Position numbers and translations under genes: made by a program. 64,000 nt of DNA, taken from Lentisphaeria bacterium UBA1732 (lineage in GTDB: Bacteria; Verrucomicrobiota; Lentisphaeria; Victivallales; UBA1829). Position 1 is the stretch's first letter. Each line of letters opens with the position of its first letter. This document shows positions 1-8,407 of the stretch, one piece after another. Where the stretch lies: positions 24,350 through 88,349 of the forward strand of contig DCIG01000050.1 in NCBI GenBank assembly GCA_002315855.1, read 5' to 3'. A model generated the notes under the pieces. It was not told where the DNA came from. It ran no database searches and saw only the letters and a program-made list of their open reading frames with translations.

Positions 1-568
1 GAGAATCGTAGTATTCCTGTGCGCCGGGCTTTCTCATATCCACGCCGTACATATCGGGGTTCCAGCTGCAGGTATTGCGGCGGTCGGCGATGTCGGCGGC
101 GCGATAGGTGGTGCCTTTGATGGGAGTATTGGCATTGACGGCCTGACGTGCGATACCTCGCATGAGGTGAATCCCGAATTTCAGACCTTTGCTGTGCACG
201 TAGTCGGCAAGAGGCTTGAAACCGGCACCATCTTTGGCGGACGGGAACTTGGTGAGAGCAGGAAGGAGACGGGAATATTCATCCATCTGGAGCTGTGCGC
301 CGGCACGATAGCCATGTCCCTGAGAATTGGGTTCGTACCACTGAATGTCAACAACGAGGTATTCCCAGCCGCAATCTTTCAGATATTTCGCCTGAGCATC
401 CGCCTGAGCTTTGGCAATGGTTTCGGTAACAGTGGTACCGAAGCAGTCCCAGCTGTTCCACCCCATGGGGGGAGTTTTGGCGAAGTCGTGGTAATCGACT
501 GCGAAAGCAGCAAGGCTGAGCGAAGCAGCGACAGCACCGATGCAGATTGTTTTCATTTTGGGATTCAT
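1..568 (-). CDS. GH27-like alpha-galactosidase (melibiase family), N-terminal part; the gene runs past the window start
   Basis: My reverse-strand translation from ATG 568 gives MNPKMKTICIGAVAASLSLAAFAVDYHDFAKTPPMGWNSWDCFGTTVTE...: a signal peptide followed by the PPMGWNSW motif typical of GH27 enzymes. An AAAGGA-type RBS lies upstream. The + strand ORF 167..628 is its antisense shadow. Confidence 0.7.
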   Translation of the reverse strand, partial: MNPKMKTICIGAVAASLSLAAFAVDYHDFAKTPPMGWNSWDCFGTTVTETIAKAQADAQAKYLKDCGWEYLVVDIQWYEPNSQGHGYRAGAQLQMDEYSRLLPALTKFPSAKDGAGFKPLADYVHSKGLKFGIHLMRGIARQAVNANTPIKGTTYRAADIADRRNTCSWNPDMYGVDMRKPGAQEYYDS

Positions 569-624
569 AGGGAGATAATCCTTTCCGATATTAGTGTTGC
601 AAGGCAAAAAGCCGAATATGTGAT

Positions 625-660
625 CTGATTTCAAAAGTCCTGCCGGGAGCTGTGAAATTT
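625..660. repeat. Palindromic intergenic repeat, copy 1 (right arm degenerate)
   Basis: ctgatttcaaaa-gtcctgccggga-gctgtgaaattt. Lies in the leader of the GH27 gene. Confidence 0.7.
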
Positions 661-772
661 TTTTCGGCATTCGCCGGAAGAGCGTTTTCGGCGGCTGCTT
701 TTCCAGAAGCCACCTCAAAAAACTACTCCCGCCAACTGCGCGAAAATCCTTTTTCAATCTTTCCGTCAATTA

Positions 773-788
773 CTTTTGAAATCAGGTC
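773..788. repeat. Palindromic intergenic repeat, isolated right-arm half copy
   Basis: cttttgaaatcaggtc matches the right-arm consensus TTTTGAAATCAG. No clear left arm. Confidence 0.45.
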
Positions 789-798
789 ATGTTTTAGA

Positions 799-826
799 AA
801 AATAGCATAATGTTACTTTTTTTCAA
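799..826 (-). promoter_or_regulatory. Sigma-70-type promoter for the GH27 gene
   Basis: On the minus strand: -35 TTGAAA (complement of 821-826), 16-nt spacer, -10 TATTTT (complement of 799-804). Confidence 0.5.
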
Positions 827-874
827 GAAGCAAGACATAAAAAGTAGTGAAAAAAACGGGTGTTCTTCTCTGAA

Positions 875-912
875 CTGATTTCAAAATTCTGCCGGGAGCT
901 TTCAAGTCAGCT
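875..912. repeat. Palindromic intergenic repeat, copy 2
   Basis: ctgatttcaaaa-ttctgccgggagc-tttcaagtcagct. The right arm overlaps the glgB stop codon (907-909). Confidence 0.7.
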
Positions 913-3180
913 TATTCCTTCCATCAAAGGGACGGGTTCAGGCGACGGTTTCGGAGCAAGGATGATGCAGGAAAGCCACGGGAGACGCACCGTAAGATGA
1001 TAAGGAAGATTGTGGAAAATGCCGTCCTCGGCAACCATGCGCTGACCATTCAGGAGACCGGTCCCATCGTATTCTTCACGGTCGGTGTTGAAAAGTTCGA
1101 CCCATTCTCCGGGGAGAGGAACGCCAAGAGTGAAATTATCACGGACCACCGGAGTCAAGTTCAAAATCACAACGAGGGGATGCCTGTGCGCTTTGTCCCA
1201 TCGAATGAAAGAAAAGACACTCTGCCGGAAATTGCCGCAGTCAATCCACTGGAAGCCATTCATGGTGAAATCATCTTCCCAAAGAGAAGGCTGAGAACGA
1301 TAGAAGAGATTGAGTTCGCGGACCATGCGGTGCAGGGCATCGTGAGCAGGATATTTGAGGAGAAGCCAGTCAATGCTCTGGTTGTTGCAGTTCCATTCAA
1401 TCACCTGAGCGAGCTCGCCGCCCATGAAGATGAGTTTTTTACCGGGATGAGCCGCCATATAGGCATACATGGCACGGAGGTTGGCAAACTTCTGCCTGTA
1501 ATCACCGGACATGCGGTCAAACAGGGATTTTTTGCAGTGAACGACCTCATCATGGCTGAACGGGAGGATAAAGTTTTCCGTGAACGCGTAGCAAATCGAA
1601 AACGAAAGTCTGTTATGATGATAACTGCGGAAAATGGGGTCGAGCGCGAAATAATCAAGGGTGTCGTGCATCCAGCCCATATTCCACTTGAACGTGAATC
1701 CAAGACCGGAGAGGTAAATCGGACGGGAAACGCCGGGCCATGAGGTGGATTCCTCCGCAATCATGACCGTGCCGGGGAACATGGAATGAGTCAGTTCATT
1801 GAGGCGGCGAATAAACGAAACGGCTTCCAGATTTTCACAGCCGCCGTACTGATTCGGAATCCATTCGCCCTCCTTGCGGGAGTAATTGAGGTAAAGCATG
1901 GAGGCGACAGCATCCACGCGCAAACCATCCACATGATAGCGATCCATCCAGAAAAGAGCACTGCCAATGAGGAAATCACGGACTTCGTTGCGTCCGAAGT
2001 TAAAGATGTAAGTACCCCAGTCCTTCTGTTCACCCTTGCGCGGGTCGGCGTGTTCATAGAGGGCAGTGCCGTCGAAACGTCCGAGTGAGAACAAATCACG
2101 GGGAAAATGAGCAGGGACCCAGTCAAGAATCACCCCGATATTCTTCTCGTGCATGTGATTCATGAACCATGCGAAATCATCGGGAGAGCCGTAGCGTGCA
2201 GTGGGGGCATAATATCCTGTTACCTGATAGCCCCAGGACTGATCGAGGGGATGTTCCATCACGGGGAGCAGTTCCACGTGCGTATAGCCCATATCCAGCA
2301 CATAATCCGCAAGTGCGACGGCAAGTTCGCGGTAGTTGTTGAAAGTCTCCTTGATTTCGGGGAGCTTCAAACCGGGACCGCCCCAGCTGCCGAGGTGAAC
2401 TTCATAAATATTCATCGGGCTTTCAATGGGATTGCAGGCGGAACGAGTCTGCATCCATTCGTCATCGGACCATTTGAAATGACCGCCATTGGAAACGATA
2501 CCGGCATTATTCGGGCGCAGCTCAGTGCGCTGTGCATAGGGATCGAGTTTGAGGACGATTTCACCCGTACAGGTGTGCACCTCGTATTTATAGACTTCGC
2601 CCTCTTTCACATCGGGGATGAAAAGTTCCCAAATGCCGGATGAACCAAGCAGACGCATTGCATGACGGCGACCATCCCAATTATTGAAGTTGCCAACGAC
2701 TGAAACGCCAAGAGCATTCGGAGCCCAAACCGTAAAGAGAGTACCGCTGACATCGCCGTATTTTTTCAGATGAGCCCCCATGACATCATAAACACGAAGA
2801 TGTTCGCCGCGGCTGAAGAGAGAAATATCATCTTCGGAAATACCGGGGAGGAAGCAATAGGGGTCGGCTGTAATGAAGGTGGAATGTTCAAATGTCTTGC
2901 GAATTTTATAGGCAAAGAATTTTCGTTTTGAGGGGAAGAAACAACCGAAGAGACCATTTTCATGAATGCGTGAAGCCGGGAAGAGATTGGCACCGACAAT
3001 GATCTCAATTTTCAGAGCATCGGGGTCGTAAACATAAACGGCAATGCCATTTCCAACCCTGTGCATTCCAAGGACGGCATGAGGATTGCGAGAAGAACCG
3101 CTGAATAAATCCTTCAAAGCAGAAGAATCGGGCACCGGAACAGAAATACGGATGTTCGAAGCACTCATAAAAGAAGTCAT
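907..3180 (-). CDS. glgB: 1,4-alpha-glucan branching enzyme (GH13)
   Basis: 757-aa ORF with branching-enzyme/GH13 motifs DWVPAHF, DGLRVDAVASMLY and IAEESTSWPG. Its start overlaps the cdsA stop by 4 nt. Confidence 0.93.
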   Translation of the reverse strand: MTSFMSASNIRISVPVPDSSALKDLFSGSSRNPHAVLGMHRVGNGIAVYVYDPDALKIEIIVGANLFPASRIHENGLFGCFFPSKRKFFAYKIRKTFEHSTFITADPYCFLPGISEDDISLFSRGEHLRVYDVMGAHLKKYGDVSGTLFTVWAPNALGVSVVGNFNNWDGRRHAMRLLGSSGIWELFIPDVKEGEVYKYEVHTCTGEIVLKLDPYAQRTELRPNNAGIVSNGGHFKWSDDEWMQTRSACNPIESPMNIYEVHLGSWGGPGLKLPEIKETFNNYRELAVALADYVLDMGYTHVELLPVMEHPLDQSWGYQVTGYYAPTARYGSPDDFAWFMNHMHEKNIGVILDWVPAHFPRDLFSLGRFDGTALYEHADPRKGEQKDWGTYIFNFGRNEVRDFLIGSALFWMDRYHVDGLRVDAVASMLYLNYSRKEGEWIPNQYGGCENLEAVSFIRRLNELTHSMFPGTVMIAEESTSWPGVSRPIYLSGLGFTFKWNMGWMHDTLDYFALDPIFRSYHHNRLSFSICYAFTENFILPFSHDEVVHCKKSLFDRMSGDYRQKFANLRAMYAYMAAHPGKKLIFMGGELAQVIEWNCNNQSIDWLLLKYPAHDALHRMVRELNLFYRSQPSLWEDDFTMNGFQWIDCGNFRQSVFSFIRWDKAHRHPLVVILNLTPVVRDNFTLGVPLPGEWVELFNTDREEYDGTGLLNGQRMVAEDGIFHNLPYHLTVRLPWLSCIILAPKPSPEPVPLMEGIS

Positions 3181-4151
3181 CCCCCAATGATGAAAATATA
3201 AATCGGACGCTGAATCATGGCAAATAGAACGGCATTGACCATCAAACTGTCCGTAAGGTCATAAAGACCGCCGATACCGGGCAGAAAATGACCGGAATCC
3301 TTCACTTTGCAGGTGCGCTTGATGCTGGATTCGGCAAGGTCGCCAATGGCACCGCCGAAGTAAAGGACAGCACCAATAGCGGAAGCAGCAAGGTACAGCG
3401 ACCATGTTTTCGGGAAAATATCATTGTACTGGGTGCTTCTGCACAGATAAATCATCAGATTACTGCCAATGATGCAGGTCAGGAGACCGCCGACAGCACC
3501 TTCCCATGATTTACCGGGACTGATTTTGGGAATGAGCTTATGATTGCCGCCTTTGTTCCGCAGAAAATAAGCAGAGAGACTGCCGACCACGTAGGCGCCA
3601 ATATCTCCGAGCTTGGTAATCAGAACAAAATAAAGGAAGAAGAAATTATATGAGGTAACATTCACATAATGAGCTTCTTCCCGGCCAAAGAAATAAATTT
3701 CCACGATGCACTGGATGGCCATATTCACCAAAAACATCGGGACCAGCATATTCACGATACGGCGGAATTTATTTTCCTTGTTGCAGGACTGGAGAATCGC
3801 CACCCAAATAATAAACGCAATCAGCAGAGGAAGCGAAAAACTGACCGCAGAGGAAATCTGAATCACAATGGAACGGAAATCCTGAACGATGTAGTGAAGA
3901 CGTCCGAAATGCTGCTGGACAATCGTTGCCGCCGTAGTCAGAAAACATGCTGTGGCGGAAAGATGAGCGGAAACATCTTTGCTGGCTTTTCCATCCAGCA
4001 TTTTGGCAAGCTCATAGGCTGTACCGTAAGTGAGCAGGCAGCACAAAATTCCAAACACCCAAATACTCAAGCGCATGGGCAGGAAAACTGAGCCGGAAAG
4101 CAAAGCAAGAAGAACTACCGTACTGAATGTGCGTTTCCAAAAAGTATTCAT
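3177..4151 (-). CDS. cdsA: Phosphatidate cytidylyltransferase family membrane protein
   Basis: 324-aa polytopic ORF. The C-terminal SSIKRTCKVKDSGHFLPGIGGLYDLTD aligns to the CDS signature SxxKRxxxxKDxGxxxPxHGGxxDRxD, but with His->Ile and Arg->Leu. Sits directly downstream of uppS, the usual uppS-cdsA arrangement. Confidence 0.8.
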   Translation of the reverse strand: MNTFWKRTFSTVVLLALLSGSVFLPMRLSIWVFGILCCLLTYGTAYELAKMLDGKASKDVSAHLSATACFLTTAATIVQQHFGRLHYIVQDFRSIVIQISSAVSFSLPLLIAFIIWVAILQSCNKENKFRRIVNMLVPMFLVNMAIQCIVEIYFFGREEAHYVNVTSYNFFFLYFVLITKLGDIGAYVVGSLSAYFLRNKGGNHKLIPKISPGKSWEGAVGGLLTCIIGSNLMIYLCRSTQYNDIFPKTWSLYLAASAIGAVLYFGGAIGDLAESSIKRTCKVKDSGHFLPGIGGLYDLTDSLMVNAVLFAMIQRPIYIFIIGG

Positions 4152-4154
4152 TTC

Positions 4155-4868
4155 TCAACGACCTCCGAATCTGCGGTTTCGATGATAGAAAGTCTGTACA
4201 GCCTTGTCAAATTCCGAAATATCAAAGTCAGGCCAATAGACCGGCGTAAAATAAAATTCACTGTAAGAGAGCTGCCACAAAAGAAAATTGCTGATACGCT
4301 GTTCGCCGCTGGTGCGAATCATCAGGTCGGGATTCGGCACATCCGGCAAAAACAGGTTGGAAGCAATGGTCTGCTCCGTAATATCATCAGGAGAAAGCGT
4401 ACCGTTTTGAACCTGTGCAGCGATTTTGCGGGCAGCAAATGTGATTTCCTGACGGGAACCATAATTCAGAGCAAGAATAAAGGTGCGCCGGAAGTCTGAA
4501 GAAGTTTCCTCCATGACTTTCTGTAAACGCACCTGACAGGAGGCCGGAAGACCATTTATGTCGCCCATCATCCGCAAACGGATTTTTTCCTGCTTAAGAA
4601 GAGCGAGATTGGAGTCGAGGAAGTCGCAAAGGATGGACATGAGAGCATCGACTTCCTCCTTGGAACGCTTCCAATTCTCCGTACTGAACGCATACAAGGT
4701 AACGAACTTGATTTCAGGATATTTCTGCATCCATTTAACGAAGTTGACGACATTTTTCGCGCCTGCCAAATGACCTTCGACACGTTCCAGATTGTGTTCT
4801 TTCGCCCATCTGCCGTTGCCGTCCAGAATAATGGCGACATGAGTCAGGGGAGAATCATTTTCCGCCAT
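4155..4868 (-). CDS. uppS: Undecaprenyl diphosphate synthase (cis-prenyltransferase)
   Basis: MAENDSPLTHVAIILDGNGRWAKEH and later RTSGEQRISNFLLWQ motifs. I prefer ATG 4868 over the track start 4955, because the upstream extension overlaps the gmhA-like CDS. Confidence 0.9.
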   Translation of the reverse strand: MAENDSPLTHVAIILDGNGRWAKEHNLERVEGHLAGAKNVVNFVKWMQKYPEIKFVTLYAFSTENWKRSKEEVDALMSILCDFLDSNLALLKQEKIRLRMMGDINGLPASCQVRLQKVMEETSSDFRRTFILALNYGSRQEITFAARKIAAQVQNGTLSPDDITEQTIASNLFLPDVPNPDLMIRTSGEQRISNFLLWQLSYSEFYFTPVYWPDFDISEFDKAVQTFYHRNRRFGGR

Positions 4869-5508
4869 AAAATTCCTCCTCCAGCATAATCGCCAGGGTG
4901 TGGTAAAGCGGGAGATGATATTCCTGAACGATATACGCTTCCTTGCCGGGGACATCCATAATCACATCGGCATACGGACGGCAAATGCCCTCTTCGTGGT
5001 CGCCCGTCATAAGAATCGTGGTAATGCCCATGGCACGGGCAACTTTGAAAGCATTGCAGATACTGACGGATTTTCCCGATGTGGTAAAGCCCATAACGGC
5101 ATCGCCTTCACACCCGTAAATGAGGAGCTGCTGAGCGTAAATCATCATCGGGTCAACATCATTCATGTACGCAGTCGCCAAGGCAGACTGACCACTGAGA
5201 GTCATTGCACGAAAACCGCACTGCAAAAAATCGGCAAGATGATCGTCAGGATACAAGGAATCAAGTTTCCGCCGAAGCTCGTCCGGGAGAGGACGTCTCT
5301 TCAGAAAACTCTTGCCAAGTTCCCCGACCAAATGATCCGCATCGGAATAACTTCCGCCATTTCCACAACAAAATAAAGTTTTGCCATTGAAAAATACGTT
5401 TTTCAGAGTAATGTATAGAAAGGATATTTTTTCAGACGCCGGTTCCAATGCGGGACAACGTCTGAACAAATCATCCAGATGCTTTTTCACATTGCTGTTG
5501 ATAACCAT
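4855..5508 (-). CDS. gmhA: SIS-domain phosphoheptose isomerase-like protein
   Basis: 217 aa with CCGNGGSYSDADHLVGEL, GFTTSGKS and IVQEYHLPLYH, which resemble the GmhA motifs GNGGSxxDAxH, STSGNS and QExH. Confidence 0.7.
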   Translation of the reverse strand: MVINSNVKKHLDDLFRRCPALEPASEKISFLYITLKNVFFNGKTLFCCGNGGSYSDADHLVGELGKSFLKRRPLPDELRRKLDSLYPDDHLADFLQCGFRAMTLSGQSALATAYMNDVDPMMIYAQQLLIYGCEGDAVMGFTTSGKSVSICNAFKVARAMGITTILMTGDHEEGICRPYADVIMDVPGKEAYIVQEYHLPLYHTLAIMLEEEFYGGK

Positions 5509-5798
5509 GTTAACCTTCTGTTGATGAATCGTTGAAAAATTAATACTATGTTAATAGAACACCATTTATCGACAAAGTCAAACATCTTTATCAACAAGTT
5601 TGAAAAAAAGTGAAAATGAGGTTAAAAAAGAGTGTTGAAATGGTGGTTATCAACATTATCAACATCTCTACTGATAATACAAATTTAAATTTGAAATAAT
5701 TATCAGAATCAGCCGAACAACAAAGTGTCAATAACATAACGGGCATCTCTATTGCAGTAGAGGTATCCCCAAATCAACGGTTATCCCGGAGGAACACC
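5496..5798. other. Candidate oriC: DnaA-box cluster plus AT-rich tract upstream of dnaN
   Basis: Five 9-mers match TTATCCACA at 8/9: TGTTGATAA (reverse) 5496-5504, TTATCGACA 5566-5574, TTATCAACA 5588-5596, and tandem TTATCAACA 5647-5655 and 5656-5664. An A-rich tract lies at 5600-5640. Flanking genes diverge (minus to the left, plus to the right). Confidence 0.45.
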
Positions 5799-6905
5799 AT
5801 GAAAATCAAAATCAAGAAAGACGTACTGTTCAAAGCAATGCAGCGAGTAGGAAGCACCGTAAGCAGCCGAAATACACTGCCGCTGCTCGCCAATGTGCTG
5901 ATTGAGGCGGCAGAAGGAAGCATCAAGCTCACCGGAACAGATTTGGAAATCCGAATTGAGACGACAGTGGCGGCTGAAGTGATAGAAGAAGGAAAAACAA
6001 CTCTGCCCGCGAAGAAGCTGATTACGCTGATTTCAAAGTGCCGCGGAGAAGAAGTGCTGATTGAAAGCAATGAAAATTATCACTCGAAAATCAAATGCGG
6101 AACGACCTCCGTCATGCTTCTGGGACTTGATCCGTCCGATTATCCTCAGCAAAATGAAATGACCGTGAAACGTTCGTTCAAGCTGAAACAGGCGGATTTG
6201 GCAACGATAATCGACAGAATCATGTATGCAGCGGCGAACAGCCAGGATTCAAGAACATATTTGCAGGGACTGCTTTTTTCCATCAAGGACGGCAAGTTCA
6301 CGGCAGTGGCAACCGACGGAAAACGTCTGGCTCTGTGCGAAAAGCTCTTCGACTACGAAGAAGGCACGGAAGAAACAGACGGCGACATTATCGTTACGCT
6401 GAAATCCGCCACAGAACTGAAGAGATTGATGGAGAAAGAAGGCGAAGTGGAAGTGCAGATTTCCGAAAATCAGGTATTGTTCCGCCTCAGCGACACGATT
6501 CTGATTTCCAAGCTGATTGACGGGAATTACCCGAATTACCGGCCGATTATTCCGTCTTCCTACAAGCAGGTGATTTCCGTTCCGAGAGACAGCGTGCAAT
6601 ACGCAATTGACCTGCTGATGAGCACATTCGGCGAATCGACTTCACCGAGCATACGTTTGACGTTCGGCGAAAACAATCTGCTGTTCGAGGTCAACAGCAA
6701 CATCGGCGAAGGCAAAGAAGAAGTGCCGATTCAGTACGAAGGCGAACCGATTTCCGTTCAGTTCAATACATCTTTCCTGCTGGAACCGTTCCGTCATCTG
6801 GACAACGACAATGTATTCATCAAGCTGAATGATGTGATGAGCCCGGTTACCGTGGAAAGCGGCGACGGATTCCTGTACATCATCATGCCGATGAGAAACA
6901 AGTAA
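5799..6905 (+). CDS. dnaN: DNA polymerase III beta subunit (sliding clamp)
   Basis: 368 aa starting MKIKIKKDVLFKAMQRV..., with three-domain clamp-like length and sequence. GGAGG RBS at 5788-5792. recF lies downstream. Confidence 0.93.
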   Translation: MKIKIKKDVLFKAMQRVGSTVSSRNTLPLLANVLIEAAEGSIKLTGTDLEIRIETTVAAEVIEEGKTTLPAKKLITLISKCRGEEVLIESNENYHSKIKCGTTSVMLLGLDPSDYPQQNEMTVKRSFKLKQADLATIIDRIMYAAANSQDSRTYLQGLLFSIKDGKFTAVATDGKRLALCEKLFDYEEGTEETDGDIIVTLKSATELKRLMEKEGEVEVQISENQVLFRLSDTILISKLIDGNYPNYRPIIPSSYKQVISVPRDSVQYAIDLLMSTFGESTSPSIRLTFGENNLLFEVNSNIGEGKEEVPIQYEGEPISVQFNTSFLLEPFRHLDNDNVFIKLNDVMSPVTVESGDGFLYIIMPMRNK

Positions 6906-7001
6906 GAGCAAATTCAATGAAAAAGGGGTCTTGCGGCGATTTTCTGAAGATTGTTTTCCGAGCGTAAACGAGGAAAAGAAGTCGCCGCAGAAGAATCCCG
7001 G

Positions 7002-7043
7002 AGCTGATTTTAAAAAATCTGTCTGCGATTTTTGAAATCAGCT
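7002..7043. repeat. Palindromic intergenic repeat, copy 3
   Basis: agctgattttaaaaa-atctgtctgcga-tttttgaaatcagct; arms complementary at 14/15. Followed by tcatgaa. Confidence 0.8.
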
Positions 7044-7072
7044 TCATGAAAAATCTTCCCGTCAATTGTGCA

Positions 7073-7114
7073 AGCTCATTTCAAAATGTCCGGCAGGACT
7101 TTTTGAAATCGGTT
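7073..7114. repeat. Palindromic intergenic repeat, copy 4 (core in reverse orientation)
   Basis: agctcatttcaaaa-tgtccggcaggac-tttttgaaatcggtt. Followed by tcatgaa. Confidence 0.8.
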
Positions 7115-7260
7115 TCATGAATGTAAGCGGGCAGGATTTTCGGGGGACAGAATGTGCTTTTTTTCATTCGTTCAGGCTGTGCAGAAACAGGTGAAACGAA
7201 AGGTAAAAGAGTGATTCCATCCCCCTGAATTCAGCTCAAACCATTTTTTTGCCATACAGT

Positions 7261-8334
7261 ATGATTTCGGCTCTGGAACTTCACAATTTTCGATTGTTTG
7301 AATCACTTTCGCTCAACTTCAATGCGCGAAAAGTTTTTTTATGCGGTTCAAACGGACAAGGAAAGACGACGATTCTGGAGTCGCTGTTCTATTTGTCGAA
7401 TTTAAGGTCGTTCCGGACATCGCGCGCCGCAGAAATGATCACGATTCATGAGGAATATGCTTCACTGGCGGCAGATGTGTCATTCACCGGATGGAAAAAG
7501 CGGATTCAGGCAGGCTTGGGGAATAACTGCAGGCAGCTGAATATCGACGGAAAGCATGTAACGCGGGCAAGCGATTTTGCAGGAACGTATCACACCGTAA
7601 CTTTTCTGCCGAATGACCCGGAAATCATAACGGGACGTTCGCAGGTAAGACGGCGGATGCTGGACATGTTTATTTCGATGATTGACCGGGATTATTTCAC
7701 AGCACTGCAAATGTACAGCACGGGAGTACGAAGCCGGAACTGTCTGCTGCGAGACCCGAAAAGCGATGAGGCACTGATCCGGTCGTATCATCCGCTGATT
7801 GCAGAGTACGGCGCAAAAATCAACGAAAGCAGAAAAATCCATTTGCGGATATTGTCGGATTATATGCACGATGTAATCGTAACGCTGAAGCCGGAATTGT
7901 CCGATTTGACCATGAAAATGCGGACGAGTCGCGAATTGTGCGAAAAAGAAGCATACTGCAAGCGGCTGGATTCATCCATCGAACATGACCGGGGAATGGG
8001 ATATACTTCATTCGGTCCGCATTTGGATGATTTCGATTTTGTGGCGGATGAAAAATCCCTGAAACTGTACGGGTCGCGCGGACAATGCAGAACAGTGTCC
8101 TTCGCACTGAAAGCGGCAGAATTTGACATCACGCAAAATCAGCGTTCCTCACGGGACAATACAATCGTAATCGTAGATGACGCCACAGGAGACCTGGATA
8201 AGAAAACGCAGGACGCATTCTACAGCCGAATCTCAACGGCAAAACAGGTATTCTGCACATTTACGGAACTGCCCGATCATCCGATGTCTGCGGATGCTCA
8301 GGTAATCCAGATTACCGCAGGACGCGCAGTTTAG
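7261..8334 (+). CDS. recF: DNA replication and repair protein RecF
   Basis: MISALELHNFRLF..., Walker A GSNGQGKTTILESL, and position after dnaN. The track start at 7249 is a TTG; ATG 7261 gives the usual RecF N-terminus. Confidence 0.9.
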   Translation: MISALELHNFRLFESLSLNFNARKVFLCGSNGQGKTTILESLFYLSNLRSFRTSRAAEMITIHEEYASLAADVSFTGWKKRIQAGLGNNCRQLNIDGKHVTRASDFAGTYHTVTFLPNDPEIITGRSQVRRRMLDMFISMIDRDYFTALQMYSTGVRSRNCLLRDPKSDEALIRSYHPLIAEYGAKINESRKIHLRILSDYMHDVIVTLKPELSDLTMKMRTSRELCEKEAYCKRLDSSIEHDRGMGYTSFGPHLDDFDFVADEKSLKLYGSRGQCRTVSFALKAAEFDITQNQRSSRDNTIVIVDDATGDLDKKTQDAFYSRISTAKQVFCTFTELPDHPMSADAQVIQITAGRAV

Positions 8335-8407
8335 CCATAAGAGCTGAGCTCACAAGCGATTCAGAGCCGATTTCAAAACAAGCTGATAAGAAAGGAAACG
8401 AATATCA

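Noticed and set aside
167-628. 153-aa + strand ORF at the window start
   Set aside because: It is antisense to the GH27 gene, whose PPMGWNSW motif and signal peptide are convincing.
5509-5798. A dnaA gene or pseudogene upstream of dnaN
   Set aside because: The spacer has no ORF of any length and is too short. Only DnaA-box-like sites are present.
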